Shown here one piece after another: positions 1-9,458 of a stretch of DNA of 64,000 nucleotides. Origin of the DNA: Deferribacterales bacterium (GTDB taxonomy: Bacteria > Chrysiogenota > Deferribacteres > Deferribacterales > Geovibrionaceae). The stretch covers positions 186,456 to 250,455 of the forward strand of contig JBFWMA010000001.1 of NCBI GenBank assembly GCA_050251875.1. The letters run 5' to 3'. Made by a program: the position numbers and the translations under genes. Each line of letters starts with the position of its first letter. Position 1 is the stretch's first letter. The notes beneath the pieces are model-generated. The model had not been told where the DNA came from. It did no database searches and saw nothing but the letters and a program-made list of their open reading frames with translations.

Positions 1-743
1 TCCGGTCCTTCGAGGATATCCGGAAGATGTTTCAGTCTGGATTCCAGAAGCTGAAGCCCTTTTCTGAAATCTTTATTGCGGAGAGTCAGAAAAGCGAGGT
101 CTACCTTCTCTCTGAAAAGATCCTGTTTGCCCGCTGTCAGTCTGCTCAGCATTCCGGCGGCGGTGTTGTATTCGCCCTGTTCGCTCATGCAGAAAGCGGC
201 GCCTCTGAGTGCGTGGGGGTTGTCCGGGTCTATCGTCATGGCAGCCAGATAACATTCCAGAGCGTCCGCCAGCTCGTCCTGAGACTGGTAGAGCGACCCG
301 GCGTTGAGTATGGCGTTCACGTTTTTCGGGTTGCACTGAAGAGCGTTGGAGAAGCACAGCTTCGCCTTGTCTATCTCGCCCGCGGCTTTATATATCAGCC
401 CCAGATTGGAATGGGCATCTGTGTTGTCCGGTTTCAGCGTGAGCGAGGCTTTCAGGTGAAATTCCGCCTCGGTCATCATGTTGTTTCTTCTGTATATTTC
501 GCCTATGTTGTTATGAAAGTCGTAGTTTTTCGGATCGAGCTCCAGAGCTTTTTTGATGAGATCCACAGCCTCGAACTGTGCTCCTTTGGCATATCTCACC
601 ATGCCCAGAAAGAACCATGCTTCGGCAGATGCGGGTTTTACAGACAAGACCGCTCTGTAGAGCGCTTCCGCCTGATCCAGATTGCCCTCTTTGTGGTATT
701 GTTTGGCTACTTGAAATATTTGTTCAGGTGTGGCGTTCCGCAT
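1..743 (-). CDS. TPR-repeat protein, 3' end outside window (possibly TPR-glycosyltransferase)
   Basis: Not in the ORF track. Manual translation from ATG at 743 gives MRNATPEQIFQVAKQYHKEGNLDQAEALYRAVLSVKPASAEAWFFLG...ALELDPKNYDFHNNIGEIYR, which are classic TPR helices. The same frame near the window edge reads ...LRNKDFRKGLQLLESRL. Confidence 0.85.
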   Translation of the reverse strand, partial: MRNATPEQIFQVAKQYHKEGNLDQAEALYRAVLSVKPASAEAWFFLGMVRYAKGAQFEAVDLIKKALELDPKNYDFHNNIGEIYRRNNMMTEAEFHLKASLTLKPDNTDAHSNLGLIYKAAGEIDKAKLCFSNALQCNPKNVNAILNAGSLYQSQDELADALECYLAAMTIDPDNPHALRGAAFCMSEQGEYNTAAGMLSRLTAGKQDLFREKVDLAFLTLRNKDFRKGLQLLESRLKHLPDILEGP

Positions 744-826
744 GCAAACCTCGTTGAAATTTTCTTGATAGTATCATTTTTAACATGATGATACAAATAT
801 AAAAAGTGTGAAAAATTCATTAAAAA

Positions 827-1288
827 CTATCCGCAAAAAGCACAGAGCTCCTGACGGACGGCGTTTATGAATTTCGGCATATTATTTTTTACTTTTTCAG
901 AGAGAGTCATATCCATCAGCACATTTTCGGTCTGTATGCCGAATAGAGTGATCTCCGGCGGACGGACGCCCATCAGCTCCGCTGTGGCGAGTATGTCTTT
1001 CATGCCCATCTGGTGCGCCGACAGCCTGTTTTCAAAAACAGGGTCAATGTCCTCGCCCTCCAGACGGATCACCGTTCCGGGCTCCAGCTGAAAATCAACG
1101 GCATCGGCTATTATCAGCCTGTCCGCCCATTCGATATATCCCAGAAGGTCGAGCCCCAGAGTTCCGCCGTCCATTATCATCAGTGTGTCGGAGTTAGGGA
1201 ATTCCTTCATCAGCTCCTGCGCCGCCAGAACGCCTGCCCCGTCATCGTTCATAACCAGATTTCCTATGCCCAGCATTAAAAGTTTCAT
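827..1288 (-). CDS. Hydrogenase maturation endopeptidase (HyaD/HybD family)
   Basis: GIGNLVMNDDGAG, DGGTLG, DAVD and SAHQ motifs. Confidence 0.92.
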   Translation of the reverse strand: MKLLMLGIGNLVMNDDGAGVLAAQELMKEFPNSDTLMIMDGGTLGLDLLGYIEWADRLIIADAVDFQLEPGTVIRLEGEDIDPVFENRLSAHQMGMKDILATAELMGVRPPEITLFGIQTENVLMDMTLSEKVKNNMPKFINAVRQELCAFCG

Positions 1289-1290
1289 GT

Positions 1291-1770
1291 TCAGTTCCTT
1301 ATAACCAGAGCGGATGCCACGGCGGCTATGCCTTCGCCCCTTCCGGTGAAGCCCATTTTTTCCGTGGTGGTCGCCTTGATGGTGATGTCTTCCGTATCCA
1401 TGCCCAGAGTCTGTGCCAGAATCTCCCGCATGTTCTGAATATGGGGAGCCATCTTCGGCTTCTGCGCTATGATTTCGGCGTCTATGTTGGATATTTCATA
1501 TCCGGCGGTTCTTATCATCTCCGCCGCTTTTTTCAGAAGTATTTTGGAGTCTATGTCTTTGTATGAATCATCGGTGTCCGGAAATATATTGCCGATATCT
1601 TTTCCCAGAGAGGGTCCGGCTATGGCGTCTACTATGGCGTGGATGAGAACATCGGCATCGCTGTGTCCGTCCAGTCCCAGATCATAGTCTATCTCCACAC
1701 CGCCGATTATCAGCCGTCTGCCCCTTTTGAACCGATGGGCATCGAAGCCTATTCCTGTTTTTATCTTCAT
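1291..1770 (-). CDS. ispF: 2-C-methyl-D-erythritol 2,4-cyclodiphosphate synthase
   Basis: GFDAH, GHSDADVLIHA, DIGNIFPDTD, KATTTEKMGFTGRGEGIAA. Confidence 0.97.
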   Translation of the reverse strand: MKIKTGIGFDAHRFKRGRRLIIGGVEIDYDLGLDGHSDADVLIHAIVDAIAGPSLGKDIGNIFPDTDDSYKDIDSKILLKKAAEMIRTAGYEISNIDAEIIAQKPKMAPHIQNMREILAQTLGMDTEDITIKATTTEKMGFTGRGEGIAAVASALVIRN

Positions 1771-1883
1771 GCGTCTCTCCGTTCACATATCTTATACGGT
1801 CACGGGATAAAATTAAACCGATTTTTGTTGCTTTTCTGCATGTTGAAAGTAAGATTGTATAAATCAAACAAACTGGAAGGATT

Positions 1884-3803
1884 ATGGAAATACCAATTTT
1901 AGCAGACATTACACTTATATTCGCCACCGCCGCTGTTTCACTGGCTATCTGTTCTAAGCTGAACGTGCCGGAGATTCTCGGCTATCTCATCACGGGGGTG
2001 CTTCTGGGCGCTCACGGTTTCCACGTTATACACGCCGTGCACGAGATGGAGATGATGGCGGAGATAGGCGTTGTTCTGCTTCTGTTTGCTGTCGGTCTGG
2101 AATTTTCTCTGTCCAGTCTGATATCGCTGAAGATTCCCGCTCTGGTGGGCGGAACGCTTCAGGCGGGTTTTACCATGATATTCGCAGGTGCCTGCGTTTA
2201 CGGCATCACAGGGGGCAATATCGCTCTGGCTGTTACATCCGGTATGATGACGTCTCTTTCCAGCACGGCTATCGTTCTTAAGGTGCTGGCGGGCAGAGTG
2301 GAGACTGACAGCCCCCACGGGCGGATCAGCACAGCGGTGCTGGTGTTTCAGGACATCGCCGTTATCCCTATGATGCTGGCTATTCCGCTTCTCGCCGGAA
2401 CCGGAGGCAATGTGGGGTCGGAGCTGGGATACACCGCTCTGAAGGCTGTTCTGATAGTGGCTGCCGTGTTTATAGGCGCAAGAACTCTGGTGCCGAAAAT
2501 TCTCTTTTATGTCGCCGCTTCGAAAAACAGGGAGCTGTTTCTTCTGGTGGTGGTTCTGGCGGTGCTGGGTACTGCCTCACTGACTTATAAGGCGGGTCTG
2601 TCGCTGGCTCTGGGCGCATTCCTCGCCGGGATAATGGTGAGCGAGTCCGGATACGGACAGCAGGCGCTGAGCAACGTTGTTCCGTTCAAGGATATTTTTA
2701 CAGGATTTTTCTTTGTCTCCATAGGCATGCTGATAGATTTCGATGTTTACGCCAACTATCCGGTTTTTATTCCTCTCGCCGCTCTGGCGGTTCTTTTCGG
2801 AAAGACTCTGCTGGCGGCGCTCAGTGTTGTTATTCTACGCTATCCTCTGAAAACGGCCATAATGACAGGTCTTGCTCTGGGGCAGGTGGGGGAGTTTTCC
2901 TTCATCATGGCAAAGACGGGAGTGGGCGCAAATGTTCTTACGCAGGAAGAGTATAAGCTGGCTGTTGCCGTGATTGTGCTCACGATGGCGGCGGCTCCTT
3001 ATATGATAAAATACGCCTCGCAGATAGCCGGACTGGTGGAGAGAATCTCCATGCCGGAGAGTCTCGTTCAGGGGGCTCAGTTTGAGACCGCAGTCAGCGG
3101 AAAGGAATTCAGCGACCATATCATCATTGTCGGGTACGGTCTGGCGGGCAGACAGCTGGCGGCGGAGGCGAGAAAAGGCGGCATACAGTTCATCGCCATA
3201 GAGATGAACCCCATGACGGTGAAGCAGGAGACGCAGAAAGGCACGGATATTATATACGGAGACGCTTCGAACATAGAGGTTCTGCACCATGCGCATCTGC
3301 ACACGGCGAGAGCCATAGCGGTTACCATCCCCGATCCGGTGGCGGTGAGAAAGATAGTGGAGACTGCCAGAATGGAGCATCCATACATTCACATAGTCGC
3401 CAGAACCAGATACGCTCTGGAGCTTCAGGCGCTGAAAAAACTCGGGGCTAACGTTGTGATAGCGGAAGAGGTGGAGTCAGCCGACAGACTGGTGAGAGAG
3501 GTGACCGGACGGTTCACGGAGTCGGGCACTGCCACGGAATGTCTGAATCTGCCTGGAGCTCAGACCAGATGGGTCACTGTGCCTGTGGGGTCGAAGGCGG
3601 CGGGAAGATCGCTCAGGAATCTGGATCTCAGATACAGATACGGCGTTACCGTGCTGGCTGTTAAAAGGGGCACAGGCGCAATGTCGAACCCCGGATGCGA
3701 CTACACCATCATGGACAGAGACGAACTGCTGGCGGCAGGGACGGAAAAAGACCTCACACGTCTGGGCGTTCTGCTGCGTTCCGCCAAGAAACACGAGGAA
3801 TAA
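1884..3803 (+). CDS. CPA2 monovalent cation:H+ antiporter with RCK_N/RCK_C domains (Kef-like)
   Basis: Many TM segments, SLSSTAIV, FQD, LALGAFLAG, QVGEFSF; HIIIVGYG RCK_N; C-terminal TrkA_C. Confidence 0.92.
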   Translation: MEIPILADITLIFATAAVSLAICSKLNVPEILGYLITGVLLGAHGFHVIHAVHEMEMMAEIGVVLLLFAVGLEFSLSSLISLKIPALVGGTLQAGFTMIFAGACVYGITGGNIALAVTSGMMTSLSSTAIVLKVLAGRVETDSPHGRISTAVLVFQDIAVIPMMLAIPLLAGTGGNVGSELGYTALKAVLIVAAVFIGARTLVPKILFYVAASKNRELFLLVVVLAVLGTASLTYKAGLSLALGAFLAGIMVSESGYGQQALSNVVPFKDIFTGFFFVSIGMLIDFDVYANYPVFIPLAALAVLFGKTLLAALSVVILRYPLKTAIMTGLALGQVGEFSFIMAKTGVGANVLTQEEYKLAVAVIVLTMAAAPYMIKYASQIAGLVERISMPESLVQGAQFETAVSGKEFSDHIIIVGYGLAGRQLAAEARKGGIQFIAIEMNPMTVKQETQKGTDIIYGDASNIEVLHHAHLHTARAIAVTIPDPVAVRKIVETARMEHPYIHIVARTRYALELQALKKLGANVVIAEEVESADRLVREVTGRFTESGTATECLNLPGAQTRWVTVPVGSKAAGRSLRNLDLRYRYGVTVLAVKRGTGAMSNPGCDYTIMDRDELLAAGTEKDLTRLGVLLRSAKKHEE

Positions 3804-3855
3804 TCTCTGTTGCGTTTAGTTTAGCGTTATTTTAGAATGGGTTCAGAGGTAAAAA

Positions 3856-4908
3856 ATGAAAATTATGCTGACAGGAACCGCCGGATTTATCGGCTTTCAT
3901 ACAGTTCAAAAACTTATAAATGACGGTCACGAGGTTGTCGGGCTCGACAGCATTAACGACTACTATGATGTTAAACTGAAACACAGAAGACTCGCTGTGA
4001 CAGGAATAGACATCGGCGCCGTTGAATATAACAAACTTGTCAGCTCATCAAACATGAAGGGCTACCGGTTCATCAGGCTCAATCTCGAAGACAGGGAAAA
4101 CCTGCACGCCCTGATGAAGTCAGAAAAATTCGACAAGGTATGCAATCTGGCGGCGCAGGCGGGCGTCAGATACAGCATAGACAATCCTTACGCATACATA
4201 GACGCCAACATTACCGGATTTATAAATATCATAGAGGGATGCAGACATTTCGGCGTTCAGCATCTGGTATATGCCTCCAGCTCGTCCGTATACGGCAGCA
4301 ACACAGCCCAGCCGTTCTCCACGTCCGACAATGTGGATCACCCCATAAGCCTCTATGCCGCAACGAAAAAAGCGAACGAACTGATGGCGCATACCTACAG
4401 CCATCTCTACAATATACCCACCACCGGACTCAGATTCTTCACAGTTTACGGTCCCTGGGGCAGACCCGACATGGCGATGTTCAAATTCGCCGATCTCATG
4501 AGAAAAGGACAGCCCATAGACGTGTATAATTTCGGGAAGATGGAGAGGGATTTCACCTTCATAGAAGACATAGTGGAGGGTGTGTGCCGTGTGATATACG
4601 CCGGGCAGAAAGCGAACGCAAGCTGGGACAGCAACAACCCCGATCCCGGTTCGTCATCCGCTCCCTATAAGGTTTATAACATCGGAAACAACAAGCCTGT
4701 TCAGCTGATGTATATGATAGAAACGCTGGAAAAAGAGCTGGGCATATCAGCTCAGAAAAACCTGATGCCTCTTCAGGCGGGGGATGTTCCCAAAACATAC
4801 GCCAATATAGACGATCTGGTGAGAGATCACGGATACAAGCCGGATACGTCCATCGAGGAGGGCATCCGCCGGTTTGTTAAATGGTATAAGGAATATCACG
4901 GCATCTGA
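3856..4908 (+). CDS. NAD-dependent epimerase (UDP-glucuronate 4-epimerase-like)
   Basis: TGTAGFIG, LAAQAGVRYS, YAATK, RFFTVYGPWGRPDMA. Confidence 0.93.
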   Translation: MKIMLTGTAGFIGFHTVQKLINDGHEVVGLDSINDYYDVKLKHRRLAVTGIDIGAVEYNKLVSSSNMKGYRFIRLNLEDRENLHALMKSEKFDKVCNLAAQAGVRYSIDNPYAYIDANITGFINIIEGCRHFGVQHLVYASSSSVYGSNTAQPFSTSDNVDHPISLYAATKKANELMAHTYSHLYNIPTTGLRFFTVYGPWGRPDMAMFKFADLMRKGQPIDVYNFGKMERDFTFIEDIVEGVCRVIYAGQKANASWDSNNPDPGSSSAPYKVYNIGNNKPVQLMYMIETLEKELGISAQKNLMPLQAGDVPKTYANIDDLVRDHGYKPDTSIEEGIRRFVKWYKEYHGI

Positions 4909-6350
4909 GAACTGACGGTCTGCTGAAGATCCAGCAGAAAACGTCTGTCGTCCGAGTCCTCGTTCATAGCGAAAAATTTTCCGTACGCTCTCTGTATATC
5001 TGTCAGAGAGTCTATCAGCTCGTATTCCGCCTTTACCATCTCTTCCTTTGCGGTGTTCAGCGCAGAGACCGAGTTTATCATCACGGCTGATTTTATCTTT
5101 TTAAGCCTGTAGAGTCCCAGATTTTTTTCATATTTTTCTTCCGCCGCTTTTGCCGCCGCCTCTGCCGTGCTGTAGCCTGTTCCGGCATATCCGGCTGATA
5201 TCACGGCGTTCTCCATCCGTGTCTTCACGGCGTCTTTCACCTCGGCTCTCTTGCCGAAGTATTGCAGAAGCTCGGTGTTTTTAGCGTAAATATCGGGTGA
5301 GCTCTTTTTACCGTCGAAGACGGGCATGGACAGCTTAAGGTTTACGCTCCAGTCATTTTTGCTGAGATCCGCTGAATATTCCGAGGAATCGGCGTCCTTG
5401 TCCAGATACTGGGTGTATTCTCCGGAGAAAGACACGTCCGGCAGGGAGAATTTTCTCTTTTCCGCCTGAATGTCCCGTCTGTTCAGCTTAATCAGCTCGT
5501 CCACCGCCTTCAGCTCGGCAGAGTCTTCCAGCGCCTTGTCGGTGAGGAATTTCAGAAGTTTTGCACGTTCTTCTCCGCCTGTCACTGTGGAGAAGATATT
5601 TTTCAGAGTCTCCAGCGTACTGTGTCCTGTCGTTTCGCTGTAATGTCTGAAAACGCATCCGGCAGAAATAGTGAGCCCCGTCATGGCGCTCAGTTTTTCC
5701 TGAGCGTTCTTCAAAGCCTCTTTGGAGGCGGACAACAGCTTTTCGGCTCGTTTGATTTCATCGGCGTACAGCTTCATGGATTTTTTAGGCGCTTTATTCT
5801 TTTTCAGAATATCTTTTATGGAATTAAGTCTTTTCAGGGAGTTTTCGGCTGTTTTTTCCATTGCGGCGTACAGCATGCGTGAGTAATACACGTCCGCCGT
5901 GTCTTTTATCACGTCCAGCCTCACGGATTCCGCTATCAGCCTGTGCACTGTGGTTTTATATTCCGCAGAGTCCCTGCTGGCGAGGATGGAATCGGAGAAG
6001 AGTATCTGTTTCAGCTTTATTTTGGCGTTCAGGTTTTCTTCCGCCGCTTTTTCACGGTAGTCGGGTCTGTCTTTGTCCAGAGTGTTTCGGGAGGCGGATG
6101 CTCTGATTACGGGCATCAGACCGCTCAGCGCCCTGTCTATCTGCTGTGCCTCTTCGTCCCTTTCGTGTTTGATCTCGTTCAGCTCTTTGCTGTTTCTCAC
6201 AGCCAGCTCAGCGGCGGAACGGAAGGACAGCTCTGAGGCAGTCTCTTTCTGAGAATATTCAGTCGCATAGGTATACAGACGAGCCTGTATGGCGTCTGCG
6301 TATGCCGACACGGATATCAGTATGATAAAAAGCGCTGTAATGATCCTCAA
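4896..6350 (-). CDS. TolC-family outer membrane efflux protein
   Basis: Signal peptide; two OEP-like repeats (LMPVIRAS / LPDVSFSG...LSMPVFDG). Confidence 0.8.
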   Translation of the reverse strand: MRIITALFIILISVSAYADAIQARLYTYATEYSQKETASELSFRSAAELAVRNSKELNEIKHERDEEAQQIDRALSGLMPVIRASASRNTLDKDRPDYREKAAEENLNAKIKLKQILFSDSILASRDSAEYKTTVHRLIAESVRLDVIKDTADVYYSRMLYAAMEKTAENSLKRLNSIKDILKKNKAPKKSMKLYADEIKRAEKLLSASKEALKNAQEKLSAMTGLTISAGCVFRHYSETTGHSTLETLKNIFSTVTGGEERAKLLKFLTDKALEDSAELKAVDELIKLNRRDIQAEKRKFSLPDVSFSGEYTQYLDKDADSSEYSADLSKNDWSVNLKLSMPVFDGKKSSPDIYAKNTELLQYFGKRAEVKDAVKTRMENAVISAGYAGTGYSTAEAAAKAAEEKYEKNLGLYRLKKIKSAVMINSVSALNTAKEEMVKAEYELIDSLTDIQRAYGKFFAMNEDSDDRRFLLDLQQTVSSQMP

Positions 6351-6471
6351 GTGTTCACCCCTCTTATTTTATATATTCGACCGATTGCGAAAGGTGTCAA
6401 GGAAGGGATGTGGTAAAATAAACATTGAACGGCGTGAACCCTGAAATATTTTTAATATCAGGAGGCTTGTT

Positions 6472-6957
6472 ATGTACGAGCTTAATTTTGAGTTTCCTCT
6501 GCTGGACGGCACGGTGAAGAATCTGAGAGACTATGACGGCATGGTTGTCATGGTGGTGAACACAGCGGGCAGGTGCGGGTTCACTCCGCAGTATGAAGGG
6601 CTTCAGGAGCTGTATATGGAGTTCAGGGATCAGGGCTTTGTCGTGCTCGCTTTTCCCTGCAACCAGTTCGGGGCTCAGGAACCAGGCACGGACGAGGAGA
6701 TTCAGCAGTTTCTTGATGAGAATTTCACCGTTACATTTCCGGTTTTTTCGAAGACGGAGGTGAACGGAGACAACGCCAATCCGCTTTTTAAAATGCTGAA
6801 AGAGGCGGCGCCCGGCACCATGGGGACTATCCCCGTCAAATGGAACTTTACCAAGTTTCTCATCAGCCGTGACAGAAAGAGGGTCTTTCGTTTCGCCTCT
6901 GTCAAGAAGCCGGAAAACATCCGTATGGCTGTGGCTAGGGAAATATCGCGAACATAG
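6472..6957 (+). CDS. Glutathione peroxidase (Cys type)
   Basis: VNTAGRCGFTPQY, LAFPCNQF, KWNFTKFL; AGGAGG RBS. Confidence 0.95.
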   Translation: MYELNFEFPLLDGTVKNLRDYDGMVVMVVNTAGRCGFTPQYEGLQELYMEFRDQGFVVLAFPCNQFGAQEPGTDEEIQQFLDENFTVTFPVFSKTEVNGDNANPLFKMLKEAAPGTMGTIPVKWNFTKFLISRDRKRVFRFASVKKPENIRMAVAREISRT

Positions 6958-7019
6958 GTGTGGTCTAATCTCCGCTGTGTGTTATACTCTGGGTATATTC
7001 AATACTTGCGGGTTAAGCC

Positions 7020-8876
7020 ATGCAGAACATAGACAAGGATTTTTACAGCAGACTTCTTGCTGTCAGCGAATCCTTCGCTTACAGAGCGAAGGGAAAAGAC
7101 AGGAAAATATTATTCGTGTCAGGCTCTTTCGAACGCCTGACGGGTATCGCTCATGACGAGGCGTGCGCAACGGAGCTGGGCGCTCTGGTGCATAAGATGA
7201 ACCAGAACAAGGTCTCTGAGGTTTTAAGAAACGCTTCCGGCAGTTTCAATCTGGAATACCGGATAGTAAGGAACGGCAGAAAGCCTCTGTGGGTGAGAGA
7301 CAGAGGGATAATCTACACAGGTGATGACGGCGAGCGCTACATAGACGGCATCATCACGGACATATCAAAACCGCACAAAATAAAATCCGACAGACAAAAA
7401 TTTCTTTCGGGACTGGCTAACGAGCTCAGGATGCCTATGAGCTCCGTCATCGGTTTTCTGGAGCTGTCGCTGGATATGCTGGATGACGATGATGTCATCG
7501 CCGGATATCTCGGCACCGCTAAAAAATCGGCTGGAACAGTGCTGAGGCTTCTGAACGATTTTTCAGACGTAAATATTCTGGGCTTCACATCTGATTCGGA
7601 CAAAGAGGTTTTTAACCTGTATGAGATGCTGGAATCTTCCGTGTATCTGTTTTCTCAGCCGGACAGAAAGAGCGCCGGAGATGTCAGGCTGATCTATGAC
7701 GCCGACATGTCCAGATGTTTCAGAGGAGATAAGGCGAGGATGAGGCGGGTGATTCACAGCCTGCTGGAAGAGGCCTGCGTGAAGAGCCGTGAGAAGACCG
7801 TTACCGTGAAGGTTTTTATGGAAGACGGGCTGGTGAACATCTGCGTGACTGACAGCGGGGCTCCGCTGACCCGGCACGAGCTGAAGACTCTGTTCATGCC
7901 GTCTGCCGGATCCGGCAAGTCTAAGCATCTGAACTATACCGTGTGCAAGAGGCTTGCCGATCTGATGAATGCCGAGCTGACGGCGGAGAGTTTTCCGGAT
8001 GGAAACGTGCTCCGGCTGAGGGCTGAGATGAGGGCGGAAAACTGCGAGGGCGGATGCATCGGCATGTGCTACAGCGGAAAAGACAGCGAATCAAGAGCCC
8101 GTTCATTCGACAGGGCTTTTCACATACTTCTGGCGGAGGATATTCAGGAGAACGCCGATCTGGCGGCTATCCGTCTGGGGCACAAAGGTCACAGGGTGGA
8201 TGTGGTCTCTGACGGCAGAGAGGCGGCGTCCATGTACGCCAAACACAGCTATGACGCTGTGCTGATAGACGTTCACATGCCCGTGATGGACGGGATAAAG
8301 GCGGCGGAAAAAATCAGGAGCCACGGGAAGAAGAAATATGTGCCGATAATAGGCATGACATCCGGACTGACGTCCGCCATCCGGCAGAAATGTCTGGAGG
8401 CGGGGATGGACGCCGTGTTCGCGAAACCGCTGGACTTCTCTCTGCTTTTTGAAAAGCTGGATAAGCTGGTTCCCATCGAACAGGGATTCACCGTCAGAAA
8501 AATAGACTGTGACGATGACGCAGAGATAGATTTTTCTTCTCTGGAGGCTTTCGCCGATGTGAAGGCGGGGATAAAAATATGGGGCGGAAGCTCTATGTTC
8601 TTAAGCGCTCTGAAAGATTTCACCTCCGCATACAGAAACTGCGCCGAAGATCTGTGGGGGCTGATCATCAGCGATGTTCCGGCGGCTTATAAATATGCCC
8701 ACAGGATAAAAAACGTGATAAGCAGTCTCGGCTGCGACAGTCTTTACGGGCAGATAGCGGATATCGAGTCGTGGCTTTTTGTCCGTGATACGGATGTGGC
8801 GCTGATGCTTCATGAGGATTTCGGGCGTGAGATTTCCGGATTTATGAAGGCTGTGGATTCTATAGAGATAAAATAA
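7020..8876 (+). CDS. Degenerate hybrid sensor kinase (PAS - pseudo-HisKA/HATPase - REC - Hpt-like)
   Basis: PAS-like N-terminus; H-box reads LANELRMP; G-boxes eroded; REC intact (AED, IDVHMPVMDG, KP); Hpt-like AHRIKNVISSLG. Confidence 0.85.
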   Translation: MQNIDKDFYSRLLAVSESFAYRAKGKDRKILFVSGSFERLTGIAHDEACATELGALVHKMNQNKVSEVLRNASGSFNLEYRIVRNGRKPLWVRDRGIIYTGDDGERYIDGIITDISKPHKIKSDRQKFLSGLANELRMPMSSVIGFLELSLDMLDDDDVIAGYLGTAKKSAGTVLRLLNDFSDVNILGFTSDSDKEVFNLYEMLESSVYLFSQPDRKSAGDVRLIYDADMSRCFRGDKARMRRVIHSLLEEACVKSREKTVTVKVFMEDGLVNICVTDSGAPLTRHELKTLFMPSAGSGKSKHLNYTVCKRLADLMNAELTAESFPDGNVLRLRAEMRAENCEGGCIGMCYSGKDSESRARSFDRAFHILLAEDIQENADLAAIRLGHKGHRVDVVSDGREAASMYAKHSYDAVLIDVHMPVMDGIKAAEKIRSHGKKKYVPIIGMTSGLTSAIRQKCLEAGMDAVFAKPLDFSLLFEKLDKLVPIEQGFTVRKIDCDDDAEIDFSSLEAFADVKAGIKIWGGSSMFLSALKDFTSAYRNCAEDLWGLIISDVPAAYKYAHRIKNVISSLGCDSLYGQIADIESWLFVRDTDVALMLHEDFGREISGFMKAVDSIEIK

Positions 8877-8899
8877 AAAGCCGGAGCATAAGCCCCGGC
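8870..8899 (-). terminator. Intrinsic terminator of RRM gene (possibly bidirectional)
   Basis: Minus strand GCCGGGGC-TTAT-GCTCCGGC followed by TTTTTATTTT, between convergent genes. Confidence 0.75.
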
Positions 8900-8913
8900 G
8901 TTCTGTTTTTCAA

Positions 8914-9222
8914 TTAATAACGGCTGTTCCCGCCGTGCCCGTCACGGTTGAAGCGTCCGCCGCCTGTGCGGGGGCGTTCCTGTTTAGGTCTTGCCTCATT
9001 TACTGTGATTGGTCTGCCGATGAACTCAACTCCGTTGAGCTCCTCGATGGCGGCTTTAGCCTGCTCATCATTTGCCATTTCTACAAAAGCGAAACCCTTT
9101 GATCGTCCGCTCTCATGGTCTGTGATTATTCTCACAGAGCTTACATCGCCGAAAGAACCGAACATGTCTTTCAGTTCTTCTTCTGTGGCTTTGTAAGGAA
9201 GATTTCCAACATAGATGTTCAT
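8914..9222 (-). CDS. RRM RNA-binding protein with Gly/Arg-rich tail
   Basis: RNP2 IYVGNL, RNP1 KGFAFVEM, VNEARP. Confidence 0.96.
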   Translation of the reverse strand: MNIYVGNLPYKATEEELKDMFGSFGDVSSVRIITDHESGRSKGFAFVEMANDEQAKAAIEELNGVEFIGRPITVNEARPKQERPRTGGGRFNRDGHGGNSRY

Positions 9223-9386
9223 GATCCTCTTACTTGTCCTATTATTCGCTTTTCGCCATTAATGCTCCTATCTGAAAACTCCTATGGCGAAAACGAGGCG
9301 TCTCAGATATATATGTCGCTGTCGACCTTGCCCTGCTATAACATTTCTATCCTGCTCTGTGAGCGGGATACACTGTTATTAAGCAA

Positions 9387-9415
9387 AAAATAACAGAGAA
9401 ATCGGGCGTTCGCAA
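9387..9415 (-). promoter_or_regulatory. Putative sigma70 promoter of RRM gene
   Basis: TTGCGA-N17-TATTTT with TG extended -10 on the minus strand. Confidence 0.5.
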
Positions 9416-9458
9416 GCATATTTGAGATAAAAGGTTTTAAGCCCTTTAAAAATTTAAA

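Noticed and set aside
27..788. 253-aa plus-strand ORF from the track
   Set aside because: Antisense shadow of the minus-strand TPR gene (1-743); no recognisable motifs
6472..6957. Possible selenocysteine glutathione peroxidase
   Set aside because: The active-site codon is TGC (Cys) and there is no in-frame TGA
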